64,000 nt of DNA from Azolla caroliniana (Eukaryota > Plantae > Polypodiophyta): the NCBI GenBank assembly GCA_043228905.1, contig JBHGNT010000018.1:17732001-17796000 (forward strand), written 5' to 3'. This document shows, one piece after another, positions 1 to 13,700 of this stretch. The position numbers were made by a program, and so were the translations under genes. Each line of letters opens with the position of its first letter. Position 1 is the stretch's first letter. The notes below the pieces were generated by a model, which was not told the origin of the DNA, searched no databases, and saw nothing but the letters and a program-made list of their open reading frames with translations.

Positions 1-1603
1 TCGACCTCCATGATGAATGGTTTGTTGGTATCCACATGAGCTAGAATCGGTGCTGATGTAAAGGCTTTCTTAAGATGCCGAAAAGCCATATCTGCTTCAA
101 TGGACCAAAGAAATGCTTGGCCCTTCTTCGTAAGTTGTGTGAGGGGTAAAATAATCTTCGAGTAATATTGTATAAACTTACGGTAGAAGTTAGCAAAACC
201 TAGAAAACATTGTACATCTCGTACCGACCGTGGAATTTGCCACTCTAGTACAGTTTGGACTTTAGCTGGATCCATGGCGATTCCCTTTGAGGAGATGACG
301 TAGCCTAGAAATTCCACTTGCTTGCAGTCAAAGCTACATTTTTCTAGCTTGGCATAAAGACCATTCTCGCGGAGTCGTTTTAGTACTAATAGTACATGAG
401 AATCGTGCTCTTGCTGGGTCTTCGAATAAATCAATAGATCATCCAGATAGATGATCAAACAGATATCCAAGAGGTCTCTGAATATATCATTTGCCATGTG
501 TTGGAAGACTGTGGGTGCATTGGTTAAGCCGAACGGCATAACAGTATACTCGAAATGCCCATATCGCGTGCGAAAGGTGGTCTTCCATTCATCTCCCGGT
601 CAGATCCGCACGAGGTTATACGCTCCTCGTAGATCAATTTTGGTAAAAAACTTGGCACCATTAACTCGCTCCAAAAGACTTGATATAAGAGGAAGTGCAT
701 AACTATTCCGGATGGTGACTTTATTCAATCTGCGGTAATCAACGACGAGACGAAGTGAGCCATCTTTCTTCTTGACAAAGAAGATGGGTGCACCGGCCGG
801 AGATTTCGAATGACGGATGAACCCGCTTGCCAAGTTCTCCTCTATGTAGGCTCGAAGGACTTCTAACTCGGTGGGTGACAAGTTGTAAATTGGTCCCCAT
901 GGTGGCTCGGTTCCTGGTTGTAAATCGATGGGACAGTCATAGGGACGGTGATGAGGAAGGGTACCGGCTTTTACCTTGTCAAATACATCGGCATAAGGAT
1001 GATATTTTGCCGGAAGTTGTACTGAGGATTCCTTCTTAATAGTACTGGAAGGATGTACTGATATTGCAAATAGGAACATTGCCTCCTTGTGTCCTTCTTC
1101 GTGTAATTGATGGAGTGAAATGGTCGAAACTCGGTGAGTAGATTCTTGGGGTGGTCGATATCGGACTTCTCTTGTTCTCCAATCTATGGCTGGATTATGT
1201 AATTCAAACCAAGGTAATCCTAGGACAATGGGATGCTCTGGACTACTAATTATATTAAATGATATTACACACACAAAACTACCTATGACAACTTGAATGG
1301 GTTCTGATTCTTCTACAATATTCCCGGAAGCAATGGGACGACCATCAATGACTACTACAGATGCGGGACAAGGAAGTTTTCTTAAGGATATCTGAGAAGC
1401 TTGGGCAAAATTTTGATCCATGAAACAGGAATTAGCTTCGGAATCTAAAAGTGCTAGGACGGGTACTGGAGGAGTACTTTTAGTACTAACAATGACTTGG
1501 GCTAGGAACACATTGCTAACTTGCTTAGAAGGAATGGAACCACTAATGGGCTATATAGATCTAGGGCTGCTGTCCAACCAAACGACTCCTATTTTGGTTG
1601 GAC

Positions 1604-2762
1604 TCAATCGTTTAACTCTTCATCTAATTGACTAAGGATTTCAAATTTATTTGAGATACTTGGGCTATTAGTACTATGAATACTATCTGACACTCTATTA
1701 GTACTATTAATACTATCAGACACTCCGAAGGGAATAATTGACTCGGGTTTAGTACAGGCGACGATTTGATTTACCTGTCTTCTTGGCCTATGGGGACAAT
1801 TGATGGCGATATGCCCTGGTCCACCGCAATAAAGACATAATCGATTGGCACGTCGTCGTTGCTTTTCTTCTTCCGATAACGGACCGTGTCGACGCATGGT
1901 GTCGATCTCCATTGGTGTCGAAATATTGGCTTGAGGTACATCGCGTGCAAACAAATTTAGCCGTGACTGAGGCGTATGTGGGTTCCAGTCGAGAGCGTGG
2001 TATTTGTAACTGACGTTCCGAACGCCGTTTGAAAAGGCGATTGTCGCATCGGACCGCTCGACTGATTGCCTTCGTAAGAGACTTTGGTTCCTCGGGGAAG
2101 GTTAAAAGCAAGTCTTTGACATCGTTGCGCAAGCCGTAGCGAAACTGCTCCATGAGGGCCTGATCATCCCAGGGGATATCGGAGGCGAGTAGACGGAAAT
2201 CTGCCGCATAGGCCGAGGCTGGATGATCGCCTTGACGCAATCTTCGAATCTTGTTGATCGCTGTCCTGATGCTGTCAGTATCTCCAATGCAGGCTTTAAA
2301 CTCACCAATAAAATCTTCAAAGTTATTAAGCAAGGGTGATTGTTTTTCTAGAAGTGGAGCGAACCATGCCAAGGCTAAGCCGCTAAGTAATGTGCCTATT
2401 AGGCCGACTCGAGATGCATTAGTGGGATATCGGGAAGGATGCATCTGGATGACTAAGCGTACCTGATTAAGGAATCCCCAGAATTGCGATCGTGTTCCAT
2501 CAAATTTCACAGGAAGTCCAATCTTGGGCTCTTTATGAAATCCTTGGGGACTTGATCCTTGTTGTTGCAATGCTACTTCGAGTTGTTGTACCCGTAACGC
2601 TAACTCCCCATGTTGTTGTTGCGTTTGTTGTTTTTTGAGAGCGATTTGTTGCAGATCCCCTATCAACCGTTGGTTTTCTTGTTCCAGGGCAACAAACTTT
2701 TCTTTTAGGCATTGTAACTCGGAGAAAACGGATTGATATTCTTGGGCACTAACAGTAACCAT
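1604..2762 (-). pseudogene. gag: gag of copy A (frameshifted)
   Basis: Two overlapping ORFs that together match the 375-aa gag at 53166. Confidence 0.9.
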
Positions 2763-2838
2763 AATATAGGGAAAAGGGTAGGAGGATGAGGGAGAACGAC
2801 AAGTAGGCTGGAGGAAAGGAAGAAAAATTGTTTCAAAC

Positions 2839-3267
2839 TGTCAGGAATAGTATTAAAGCAGAGATGGAATTAGTACTAATAAGAGAAGTACTATTAGTAC
2901 TAAGAAGACGGGACTGCGTGAGATTCCCGAGAGAGGAAGTGAGAAGAGGAGAGAGAGAGATAGCGAGGATGAGAGAGAGAGAAAGATGATGACAACAACT
3001 AATATATTATGTGAAAAGATAAGTACAAAGCGGCTACGAGGCTTAAGACTGGCGTTGAACCAATTTGGTTCAACATAATGCCTAGTGCCTTCTTTTATAG
3101 TGTTGTCAGGAGTAATCCTGAAACTTCTAGAATGTTCCAGAGAAATCTGGAATATACATTACTTTCTTATAATAAAATAAATGAAAATAATATCCTATGA
3201 ATTATAATAGATGGTGTGATGGTTAAGAGCTCGACCCATATACCATAAGGTCATGGGTTCGAGTCTT
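2839..3267 (-). repeat. 5' LTR of chromovirus copy A, missing about 14 terminal bp
   Basis: Reverse complement aligns to LTR 52655-53092. Starts TGTCAGGAA at 2839 on the + strand; homology stops after GGTTCGAGTCTT at 3267. Confidence 0.88.
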
Positions 3268-5537
3268 CGGCGTGTTCCTCCATTTCTACCAAAAGCGTAA
3301 GCTCGTAGTGACCACATAGTCTGAATCACGAACCAAATATCCATGATCAATTCCTCTGGGAGGGCGTACTAGATCTTGGAAAACTTGTAGGCATACCAAA
3401 GGGTGAAGCTTGCTATCAACATCTAAATCTCCATGAAACGAGGGGATGCAACCTTGAAGCCTCTCTCGAATCGGTTCTTGATTACTTTACCTCTTGTGCA
3501 TTTATAGCACCAACTCCATGCATTGAAAGAGTCTATCTAGGTATTAGCTGAGGGATTGATCTAGGTCGCTACGCTCCACGATGTTGTCCCTTCCACTTCA
3601 CAAGTAACTAGGAGGTGAATCAACTTGTCCCATACCCTTTGAGCTTTAGTGCAATCCCTCAAACAGTGTCTCAGAGTCTCGATATGCGCAAAACAAAGTG
3701 GGCAAGCTATCGGGCTTCCATTTACTTAGCCATTCACTAGTGGGGAACACGTTATGATTGAGCTACCACCAAAAGAGCTTAATCTTCTCCGGCACATAGA
3801 GATGCTAGAGACTCTTCCAAAAGGTACCGAGCACCTCAACAGGAATGCCAAATATCCACTAACCATTGCATTTGTAGAGCTTGGCCCAATTTAGTGTAGT
3901 AATTGAAGAAGTGGCATAGTTTGCCGCCATGTTTCCACACGAAATCCCTTGGGTCTCATTCTAATTCCGCGATGGGGCGATTACTATACACCCACAACTT
4001 CTAGTGGGTTTTCACCTTAGCAATGTTAGGGTGCGTCTTCCAGTTGTTGCCAACTTGCGTCACCACTCAGATTGGGTGCCAGGTGCCACCACTCTAGCTC
4101 TCCCCAAATAATGTTGCTCCTCTAAATATGCTCATGCCCTTCAACAGATTAACTATTCCGGCCTCATCAAAGAGACTGAACCATGTATCTCCACTCGCAT
4201 CCCCCACATGAACCCTATCAACCACCTTTGTAATCAGTCTCCTCATTTTCTTAACTCCCTTGAGGGGAGGACTAGGTCCTCCCTCGCCTAGGATGGAGCC
4301 CTGTTTGTGCCAGCTTTCCCCATGCAAAGCCCTTCAGCTTAAGCTGCCCTATCATCATGTTGTCAATTGTTCACACCTGTGGATTCCAAAATAAAAGTTG
4401 TCTAGTCCATTTGATTAGTGTCTTGGGGGTGTGCTTGACCAAATGTTGTCACATGTGACACCATGCCCGCAAGATGGAGCCCTATCCTCCAGATTATAGA
4501 CCATCTTGGGTGGGAATCCATTCATGCAACACCAATTCAAGGATTCATGCCAAGACCTGCCATACTTGGGAGTCCCTACTTGTAACATGTTATGAAGGAA
4601 TACCTTCCAACGCTCCTTACCTTGCAGGAGGCACCGAACCACCATTTTGCTCTAGCAATGCTCGCCTCCACCTTAACCAACGCCATGACACTCTGGCGGT
4701 TGCCGTTGGTTTGTCCTTACCTGAACATATGAACCCCTTAATGGTGACCTTAATCATGAGCATAGTTGTAGGGTCCATAATCCAACATGAGACTAGGTGT
4801 CAAATGGTGGCAAGCATCACCTGGTTCACACAAGTACCTTGCCAACAAATGATAGTTTAGAGCTGCTCTACTAGTTCCGCTTGCTGCTTATTTCTGACTA
4901 CACATGGGACAGTTGCCCCCCCTTTGGGATCCCAACCCCCATCATAATGCCTACGTACTTGGAAGGTCTTCCTGTTTGGAACCCAATTAAAATCGATGTG
5001 GGATTGCCACCTTGGTTTCTCCTATGTGTTAATCTAGAGGCTTTGGGTTTTATCTTGATTGACCTTGGTCTTAGAGGCCTAGAAAAAGTCCTTAACAAGT
5101 TGTTCTGCCCATTGCAAATTCTCCCTTTTGTCATCTAGATGGACATTCCCCTCAATCTGCTACAAAGGAAGTCTCAGTTATCAATAGATAAAGATATGGG
5201 GCCAGAAGACAAGCCTGCCACATTGAACGCTGCAGTTCAAAGGAGGGGTCCTTGATGCCAGCTAGCAACATGCTAATGGTACTCGCCCTATAAAGTGCAA
5301 AAGTATAGTTCTTCCATTTTTTGTGTAGGCCCATTACTCACATCATGTTCTCCAAGAAGGGCTAGAGTACTCTATCGTAGGCCTTCTAGAATTCTACCAA
5401 TAGAATAGCAGAGCTCGGCACAGAACAATTTGTCAATGCCATAGCTTCCCATAACAATAACACATTATCAAAGATGCACCAACTTCTGATAAACCCTGTT
5501 TGACTCTCATGAATGATGTCTGATAAGAATATTGCCA
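3268..5537 (-). mobile_element. Degenerate LINE (L1/Tx1-like) ORF2 fragment: RT and downstream region
   Basis: Read via its inverted copy: DIIHESQTGFI, EF*KAYDRV and QGCLLAPYLYLL RT motifs. Many stops. Confidence 0.75.
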
Positions 5538-6655
5538 TGTGTAGCCTTTCTGGGCCCTTCACACATTGATGCCCTTTTTTGGCTCTTTTTGTATGTTGGG
5601 CGCTTCACACACTTCAAATGTTGAGGCTCAATAGTTGGCAATATTCTTATCAGACATCATTCATGAGAGTCAAACAGGGTTTATCAGAAGTTGGTGCATT
5701 TTTGATAATGTGTTATTGTTATGGGAAGCTATGGCATTGACAAATTGTTCCGTGCCGAGCTCTGCTATTCTATTGGTAGAATTCTAGAAGGCCTACGATA
5801 GAGTACTCTAGCCCTTCTTGGAGAACGTGATGTGAGTAATGGGCCTACACAAAAAATGGAGGAACTATACTTTTGACTTTATAGGACGAGTACCATTAGC
5901 ATGTTGCTAGCTGGCATCAAGGACCCCTCCTTTGAACTGCAGTGTTCAGTGTGGCAGGGTTGTCTCCTGGCCCCATATCTTTATCTATTGATAACTGAGA
6001 CTTCCTTTGTAGCAGATTGAGGGGAATGTCCATCTAGATGACAAAAAGGAGAATTTGCAACGGGCAGAACAACTTGTTAAGGACTTTTTCTAGGCCTCTA
6101 AGACCAAGGTCAATCAAGATAAAACCCAAAGCCTCTAGATTAACACATAGGAGAAACCAAGGTGGCAATCCCACATCGATTTTAATTGGGTTCCAAACGT
6201 GAAGACCTTCAAGTACGTAGGCATTATGATGGGGGTTGGGATCCCAAAGGGGGGGCAACTGTCCCATGTGTAGTCAGAAATAAGCAGCAAGCGGAACTAG
6301 TAGAGCAGCTCTAAACTATCATTTGTTGGCAAGGTACTTGTGTGAACCAGGTGATGCTTGCCACCATTTGACACCTAGTCTCATGTTGGATTATGGACCC
6401 TACAACTATGCTCATGATTAAGGCCACCATTAAGGGGTTCATATGTTCAGGTAAGGACAAACCAACGGCAACTGCCAGAGTGTCATGGCGTTGGTTAAGG
6501 TAGAGACGAGCATTGCTAGAGCAAAATGGTGGTTCGGTGCCTTCTGAAAGGTAAGGAGTGTTGGAAGGTATTCCTTCATAACATGTTACAAGTAGGGACT
6601 CCCAAGTATGGCAGGTCTTGGCATGAATCCTTGAATTGGTGTTGCATGAATGGAT
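4516..6655. repeat. About 1.02 kb inverted repeat (arms 4516-5537 and 5636-6655, 98-bp spacer)
   Basis: Arms are near-exact reverse complements. ORFs 4881-5138(+) and 6034-6267(-) encode near-identical peptides. Confidence 0.95.
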
Positions 6656-9600
6656 AGTCTCCCGAATCGGTAAAACCTTCTAGCACAGGTTTTCCGACAC
6701 CATACCTTAGGCACACCTCCGAGATGCCTTTCAGGTACCTGAGTATCCACTTCACTGTTGCCTAGTGTTCTCTCGTTGGATTACTCATATATCAGCTTAT
6801 TGTTCCCACAACAAATGCTATGTCCGGTCTCGTACAGACCATAACATACATTAGACTACTGACGGCCGAGGTATATGGTACCTTCTTCATCTCAGCCTTT
6901 TCCTTCTACCCTTTCGGACACTGCTTCGCATTCAATTTGCAATTTGTCGACAACACTGAGCCGATCGGCTTTGCGTTCGACATGTTGAACCTCTCTGGGA
7001 TCTTCGTCACATACTTCTGTTGTGACAACCATAGCACCTTCCGAGCTCTGTCTCGGGTTATGTGCATTCCTAAGATTTGCTTTGCTGGTCCAAGGTCTTT
7101 CATGGCAAATGACTTGCTGAGAACTTTCTTCAAGCTTCCAATCTTCCTTGCATCTTGACCGACTATCAACATATCATCAACATATAGCAAGAGAATCAAG
7201 AAATCTCCTTCCTCGTACCTTTTGACGAACACACAATGATCGACCTGTGTTTTCTGGAACCGATGTTCCATCATGAAGGACTCAAATTTCTTGTACCATT
7301 GGCATGGAGCTTGTTTCACTCCGTATAAGATTTTCCCCAATCGACACACCAGATTCTCTTAAATTCCCTTTCTCCTCAAAGCCTTTGGGTTGCTGCATGT
7401 AGATCTCTTCGTCTAACTCCCTGTGCAGAAATGTGGTTTTGACATCCAGTTGTTCGATCTCCAGGTCCAAACTAGCCACTATGCTCAGAACAGTTCGAAT
7501 GGATGTCATCTTCACGACTGGTGGGAGTATTTCGTCAAAGTCGATGCCCTTCTTCTGTTGGAAACCCTTCAACACTATGCGGGCTTTATACCTGGGCTCG
7601 CTGTCGACTTCTCTAGTCTTCACCTTGTAGACCCATTTATTCATGAGTGATCTCTTACCTTTCGGCAACTCTACTAGGTCGTAGGTGTAATTCTCGTGCA
7701 CAGATTCCATCTCCTCTTGCATTGCGCTCAACCATTTTTCTTTGCTCTCGTCAGCAATGGCTTCTTCATAGCACTCCGGTTCACCATCATCAGTCAAGAG
7801 GAAGTATTGACTGGAATATGTAATCGGTGCCTTCCTTTCTCTGAGTGGGTATCTTCGTCCACTCGTTGTTGGCTCCAGTCCGGATGTCTCTGCCAACTCT
7901 TCTCTCTGCTTGGGATTCTGCTCGTCAATCGGCATCTCCAGGTTGGATAATTCCAACTCATATTCATCAATTGACTTCAGCAGCTCTGCCGACTCTGACT
8001 CATAGTTTGTCAGTCTTTCCGAGTCGACCGACTCGGATTCGGCTTTGTCGGCCAACTGTCTCCTTACAGCTGTTGGTGACGACTCACTTGGCCTTAAGTT
8101 GATGGTAGTCGAGATTGACTGGGGAGTCGGTTCCGACTTTTGTTGCTTCCAGTCTTCAATTGTCTTATCTTCAAGAAAGACGACATCCCGACTTCTCACT
8201 ACCTTCTTGTCGACTAGGTCCCATAGCTTTTAGCCGAACTCATCTTCCGTGTATTCCATGAATATGCATGCTTTCGACTTGTTGTCGAGCTTTGACCTCT
8301 GATCCTTTGGTACATGCATATATGCCAAACATCCAAACACCCTCAGGTGTTGGTAAGAGACATCCTTCCCTGTCCACACCCTTTGTGGGACATCACCCTT
8401 TAATGGCACTGAGGGAGACCTGTTGATCAGATAAACAACTGTGTACAATGCCTCAGCCCAATAGGATTTCGACAGTTTCGCATGAGAGAGCATGCCCCTC
8501 ACTCTCTCCATGATTGTTCGATTCATCCTCTCTGCAAGCCCGTTCAACTCTGGGGTCTTTGGTACTGTGTATTCGATTCGAATACCTTGGCTCTTGAAGT
8601 ATTCTTCGAACTGCCCTTTATATTCGCCACCATTGTTGGTTCGGACAACCTTCAGTTTCCGACCCGACTCTCTTTTTGTGCTTGTCTGGAACTCCTTGAA
8701 AAACGGCAGTACTTGATCCTTCGTCTTCAGTATGAAGGCCCATGTCTTCTGACTATGGTCGTCAATGAATGTGACGAAGTACTGTCCACCTCGATGCGAT
8801 GGAGCATCCACATAGCACACATCTGTGTGCACTAGTTCCAGTGCAGCTTCTCTTCTTCTTGGTGGTCTTGTGTGGAATGTTGCCCTGTTCTGCTTTCCGG
8901 CTAAACAATCGACACACTTCTCCAGGTGCACTCCCTTGACTTTTGGTAGAAGTTTCTGGTCGGCTAGCAGGTGCATTCCCTTTTCACTCATGTGGCCTAG
9001 TCTCTTATGCCATATCTCCCCTACCGAGTCTGCTGCCACGTTTACTTCCGATTTGCACAGTTGGGCATGCATAATTTACAATGTGCCTTCTTTATGTGCT
9101 CGGGCCACTATGGGGTTTCCTCGGCAGAACTTCCACTTGCCATTCCGAAAGCTACCATTGTAGCCTTCGTCGTCAAGCTTTCCAGTCGATATCAGATTCA
9201 ATTTGATATCGAGGACGTGTCGAACATCCTTCAACGTTAGTCGACACCCTGTCAACATCGTTAAGCACACACTTCCAACTTCGGTTATCTTGCACTCTCC
9301 ACTATCACCCATCTTTACATAGCCATGATCCCCGACTATGTAAGTCGAGAAATACTCTCTTGACGGAGTAATATGGAAGGATGCGCTGGAATCAATCACC
9401 CAAGTGCATTCTTCGCTTGCAAGGTTTGCACTTGTCTGTTCACAGATGAACAGGAGTTCCTCATTGCTTGTAGCAATGGCCGAAGTGTTCTTTTCATCTG
9501 GAATTTTCTGGGGTTCGACATTATTTCCGACACTCTTGTCTTTTCTCATGTGTCGACAGTCCTTTTGGAAGTGTCCAGGTTTTCTGCAATAGAAGCACAC

Positions 9601-10678
9601 AGGCTTACCTCTGGACTTCGATCTGGCGTGGGATTTGTCCGTTCGCTGCAGACTTCTTCTTCGCCGGTCCCTTCCTCTGTCCATATGTTGAGTCAGATTC
9701 GACTCCGTTTGGGACAGGACTCCTTTGTCTTTCCTCCTTGCCTCCTCATTTAGAATGCTTGTCTTCACCGTCTGTAAAGACAAGTTCTCTTCTTGATAGG
9801 AGGTGCTGAGAGTAACCACCAGGCTCTCCTAGCTTTCCGGCAATGTGCACATCAATAGGATGGCCTGCATTGTGTCATCCAGGGGAAACTTGGTCGCTAC
9901 AAGTTGATTCACATACCCCATGAATGTGCTGATGTGTTTGACGATGCTCTCACCATCTCTGTATTTCAGCCGTACGATTTTTCTCATCAGCGAGATTCTA
10001 TTGAGCGCGTTCTTCCTCTCATAAAGACCGGACAACTTCTGCCACATCTCATAAGCATTTGTGTTGTTCGCCACATGATGAAGGACACTTACATCGATGC
10101 ATTGTCGAATTGTGGCCACCGCCTTCCTATTAAGAAGCTTCTAGTCTGACTCCAATACCCCCTGGGTATTTCTGCTCTGTCGACTGGCTCGTACAGGTCT
10201 TTGACTATGAGAAGGTCCTCCATCTTGATCTTCCAGTCTGCATAGTTTTGTGAGTTGAGAACTATCATACCTGGGAAACCGCTCACACCTCCTTCCATGC
10301 TTGCACCTCAAGCTCTAATACCAGTTTGTCGAGAAATCGTTGCGGAATTTAAATCACAATGAATAGACAATGCTAAAATACGAATCACAGAAAGACAAGA
10401 TAGACAGCTATGCACAGAGATTTACGTGGAAACCCTATAACGGGGAAAACCACGGGAACAGAACTTCACTATAGACAGTGGATATACAATATAGAGAGGA
10501 TTACAACACTCTTGCGAGTGGATCAGCCGCACAGGGCTCTTCGCGTCTGCTGTTGCTCACATAACTATGGCGCGGCTCACGCTTCTCTCTCGCGTTTTAC
10601 AACTTCTGTTCATACACTATTCTAACTAAAAGTTTGCCCTAGTTGCATATATACTTACGCAACTTTTCTGGCTATTTA
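6656..10678 (-). mobile_element. Ty1/copia (Tork/Tnt1-like) element B, 3'-truncated in RT/RNase H; its 5' LTR is split by a 20.7 kb nest and resumes at 31346-31643
   Basis: Gag (CFYCRKPGHFQKDC), PR (WVIDSSAS), INT (HKRLGH..CVDC, VHTDVC) and RT (LYVDDML) in stop-broken ORFs 6906-10298. iMet PBS at 10312-10323; LTR from 10327. Confidence 0.93.
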
Positions 10679-10706
10679 TGTTGTCCGCCGGAATAGTAAC
10701 CGACGG

Positions 10707-13700
10707 TGTTGTGAAGATTTTCGTCCACAAGCGGAAACCCGAGCAACGAGAGCCAAAGAGCGACGTGCAACGTTGCACACGTACATAATGTATTTGTAAT
10801 AGTAATAAAGGTATAAAGGTGATGTGGTTGTACGCACATCCACGCGAGAGAGAGAGAGAGAGGTACCATGCGGTACATAGGTACCTAGTTGTTTGTGAGG
10901 AGGTGGGAGTTAAGGGGCCATCAATCTCACCCTTCCCCAAATTAAGGCAAATATCCCCTTTGAATGAAAGGGGATATTTTAGTCTCACTTTTGTAGACAG
11001 TCTTCCCTCGTGCTATAAAAGGAGAGAGAAGGCACCATTGTGGGGGTTGCCTATTTTGAGTGTGCGAGGTATACCACATAGGTTGTGCGTTAGGGTTCGG
11101 TTAGGGTTTTCTTCTTGGGTTTTCCTTTAGGGTTTTCTTATAGTCGTTTGGTGCGGCCATGGCGGCCACCATTATAAAGCGTTTATGTTTCCTTAATCGA
11201 ACTTCTTGTTGAGTATCTTGATGGCATCTTCTTCTTCTATCATAATGTCATATTCATTCTCTTCTCCTCTTGAGCTAATCTTTCTCCTCCACTCCCTAGT
11301 CCAAGACCCCCGTGGTCCCGCCCTTCTACACGCACGCGCGTAATAACGCGACATATTTGGTGAACCCGACGTGAAGGGCGGCAAGGGAGCATGGAGATGG
11401 AAGAAGACTTTGACTTTGAGGAGATGATGACAAAGATCGTGATGGAAGCCGGACGGAAGATGGCGAAGCGAGATGCGGCTCAACAAGCCGTCGAAAGGGT
11501 GGTCGATCGAGTTGGCCGGTTCAATGGGAATGAGGTCCTAAAAATTTTGGGAGCCTACAAGGCCGAGATGGCGAAAGGGGGCGTGGACGAGGCGATGCGA
11601 CTAGAGTATTTTCCGCGAGTGGCGGCCGTATCGGTGCACAAGGACGTCAAGGAGCTACGAGAAGCTCATGAGTCATGGGAGTCCTTCGAGGGAGCTCTAT
11701 TGGAAGCGTACGGATACGTGAAACCGGAGTGGGTATGCGGGCAACCCGATGGGGAGCGGTCGGCAACAACATGGCCCAAGAACGGTGGAGAAGAGAGAGC
11801 GGCGAGTGAGTACGCACTACCGCCGGAAGAGAGCTCAACGCAAAACGGTTCGGAGGAGCTTGACCTAGAAGCGCTAATACGGGAGGCATGCGAGCTTGTG
11901 AAGGGGAAAATCGAAGCCGAAGAAGGGCTTATTATGGAGTCGGGCGGGAGGCGATCGGAGGTTGAGGAGGCCGAAAGAGAATGGTACATCGGTACCACGG
12001 GAGAGGGTGCGGAGCGAGCCACCCTCTCGACATGTGGAGAAAGATCGACTGAGGACGAGGTCGGGGACGGTGAGGCGGCGATCGCCGATTCGAGCGGACA
12101 TGAGGGAGTTCGGGCATGGAGATCCGAAACATCGAGCGGGGAGAAGACGGGCGGTGGTGCCGCGACCTTACGCACACCGGGCCTAGAGACTCTGGCAACC
12201 GGCCCGAGAGCCGGTGTGAGACCTAGAGTGACGGGCGGTGATGGCAGCAAGGCGGGCGACCATGATGACAACGATGTGGGAGAGGGTGCGGAAAGAGCGA
12301 CTCTCTCGTCTTGCGGCGAATGGACGGCCATGGAGGTCGGTAACTACGGATTCGGGACATGGCGGCCCGAAACATCGAGGGAGGAGGAGACAAGCGGCGG
12401 TGCCGCGACCTTACGCACATCGGGCCTAGAGACTCCGGCAACCGGCCCGAGAGCCGGTGTGAGACATAGAGTGACGGACGGTGGCGGCGGCAAGGCGGGC
12501 AACCGAGACAACGGTAAGGAGACCGTGGAAGAGGAGGTGGCAAGCATAATTGATGCTTGCATATACGGAGGCGGGGTAGCCATGGACGACGATGTCCTAA
12601 TGGAGGTGGCTACGGGCATAACATTGATGAGCGGCGACGTTGCTACCCTATACGCACCGGTTCAAGAGACCCTGGCGGCCGGCCCGAGTGCCCGCGTGAG
12701 ACCTAGGGTAATGAACGGTGGCGGCGGCAAGGCGGGCAACCGAAATGACGAAGAGGAGGTTTGTAGCGGACGGAGGCGAGATCCCTCGACACCGGGGCCG
12801 GAGACTTCGGCGGTTGCGCCCGAGCGCGGACATAAGACCGGGGAGATGGGCGGTTGCCGTGAGGATGAGAGGCCCGGAGTGGGCACGTGCGAAAAGACCG
12901 AAGGAGAGGTCCGGAGCGGCATCGAGGAGCGAGTCGGGAACCGACCCGACTGAAAGATGAGCCGGTCGGTAATCCGACCCGACCAGGAGGCGGAGCGGAA
13001 GAAGAGTGAAGCGGGGGCCGGTCAACCGGGCACGAACCGAAGGAAGCCGGCAAGACCGGGATTGTTTGATCGATTCGTAGCCGGCCGGGTACGGTTACGG
13101 TGGGAGCTGGTGAGAGCGAGAAGGAGGCCTAGTGGGCACGGTGATTACGGCTTGCTAGAAGACCGAGAGCGAGAGGGACCTTCCACACCCATTCTAGAGA
13201 CTTCGGCGGTTGCGGATCAACGTGAGACCGGAGAGACGGCGGGTGGCGGCGAGGAGTCGGAGGCCGAAGCGGACAAAGTTATCGGAGCGGGTATCCGGTG
13301 TGAGATGATGGACGAGCGGGTCCAAGATGGCGAGCTCGGGTCGGAACGGGCTACAGTGACAAAGGAAGAAGTGGCCGACGTGGAGGTCAGGTCTACGGCG
13401 GATGAAGGGCGTAACACGAAGCATGCACTATGGTCGGTGAAGGGCCCAAGAACGAGCGTGCATCCGAGAGAGCATCAACGAGTGACCGGAAACGGTGGAC
13501 CGATTGAGCCTTTGAGAGGCGAGGACTCGGTGGTGAACCGAGAGTGGGAGGAACCCTCCACACCTACCCGTGAGGCATCGGCGGTCGCGAATCAAAAGGA
13601 GAACGAAGAAGCGGTGGGTGGCGGCGAGGAGTTGGAGACCGACGCGGAGGTTGGGTCTACGGCAGAAGCACGACACGAGACGCATGCAATACGGCCGGTG

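Larger units (their letters stand above)
1..3267 (-). mobile_element. Ty3/gypsy chromovirus (Tcn1-like), copy A: 5' LTR, gag, protease, RT and start of RNase H; runs off the window start
   Basis: Gag ORFs 1788-2762 and 1604-1954 (CLYCGGPGHIAINC zinc knuckle). PR/RT ORF 600-1511 (ALLDSEAN, KIDLRGAYNLVRI). Collinear with the complete copy at 52655-58331. Confidence 0.93.
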
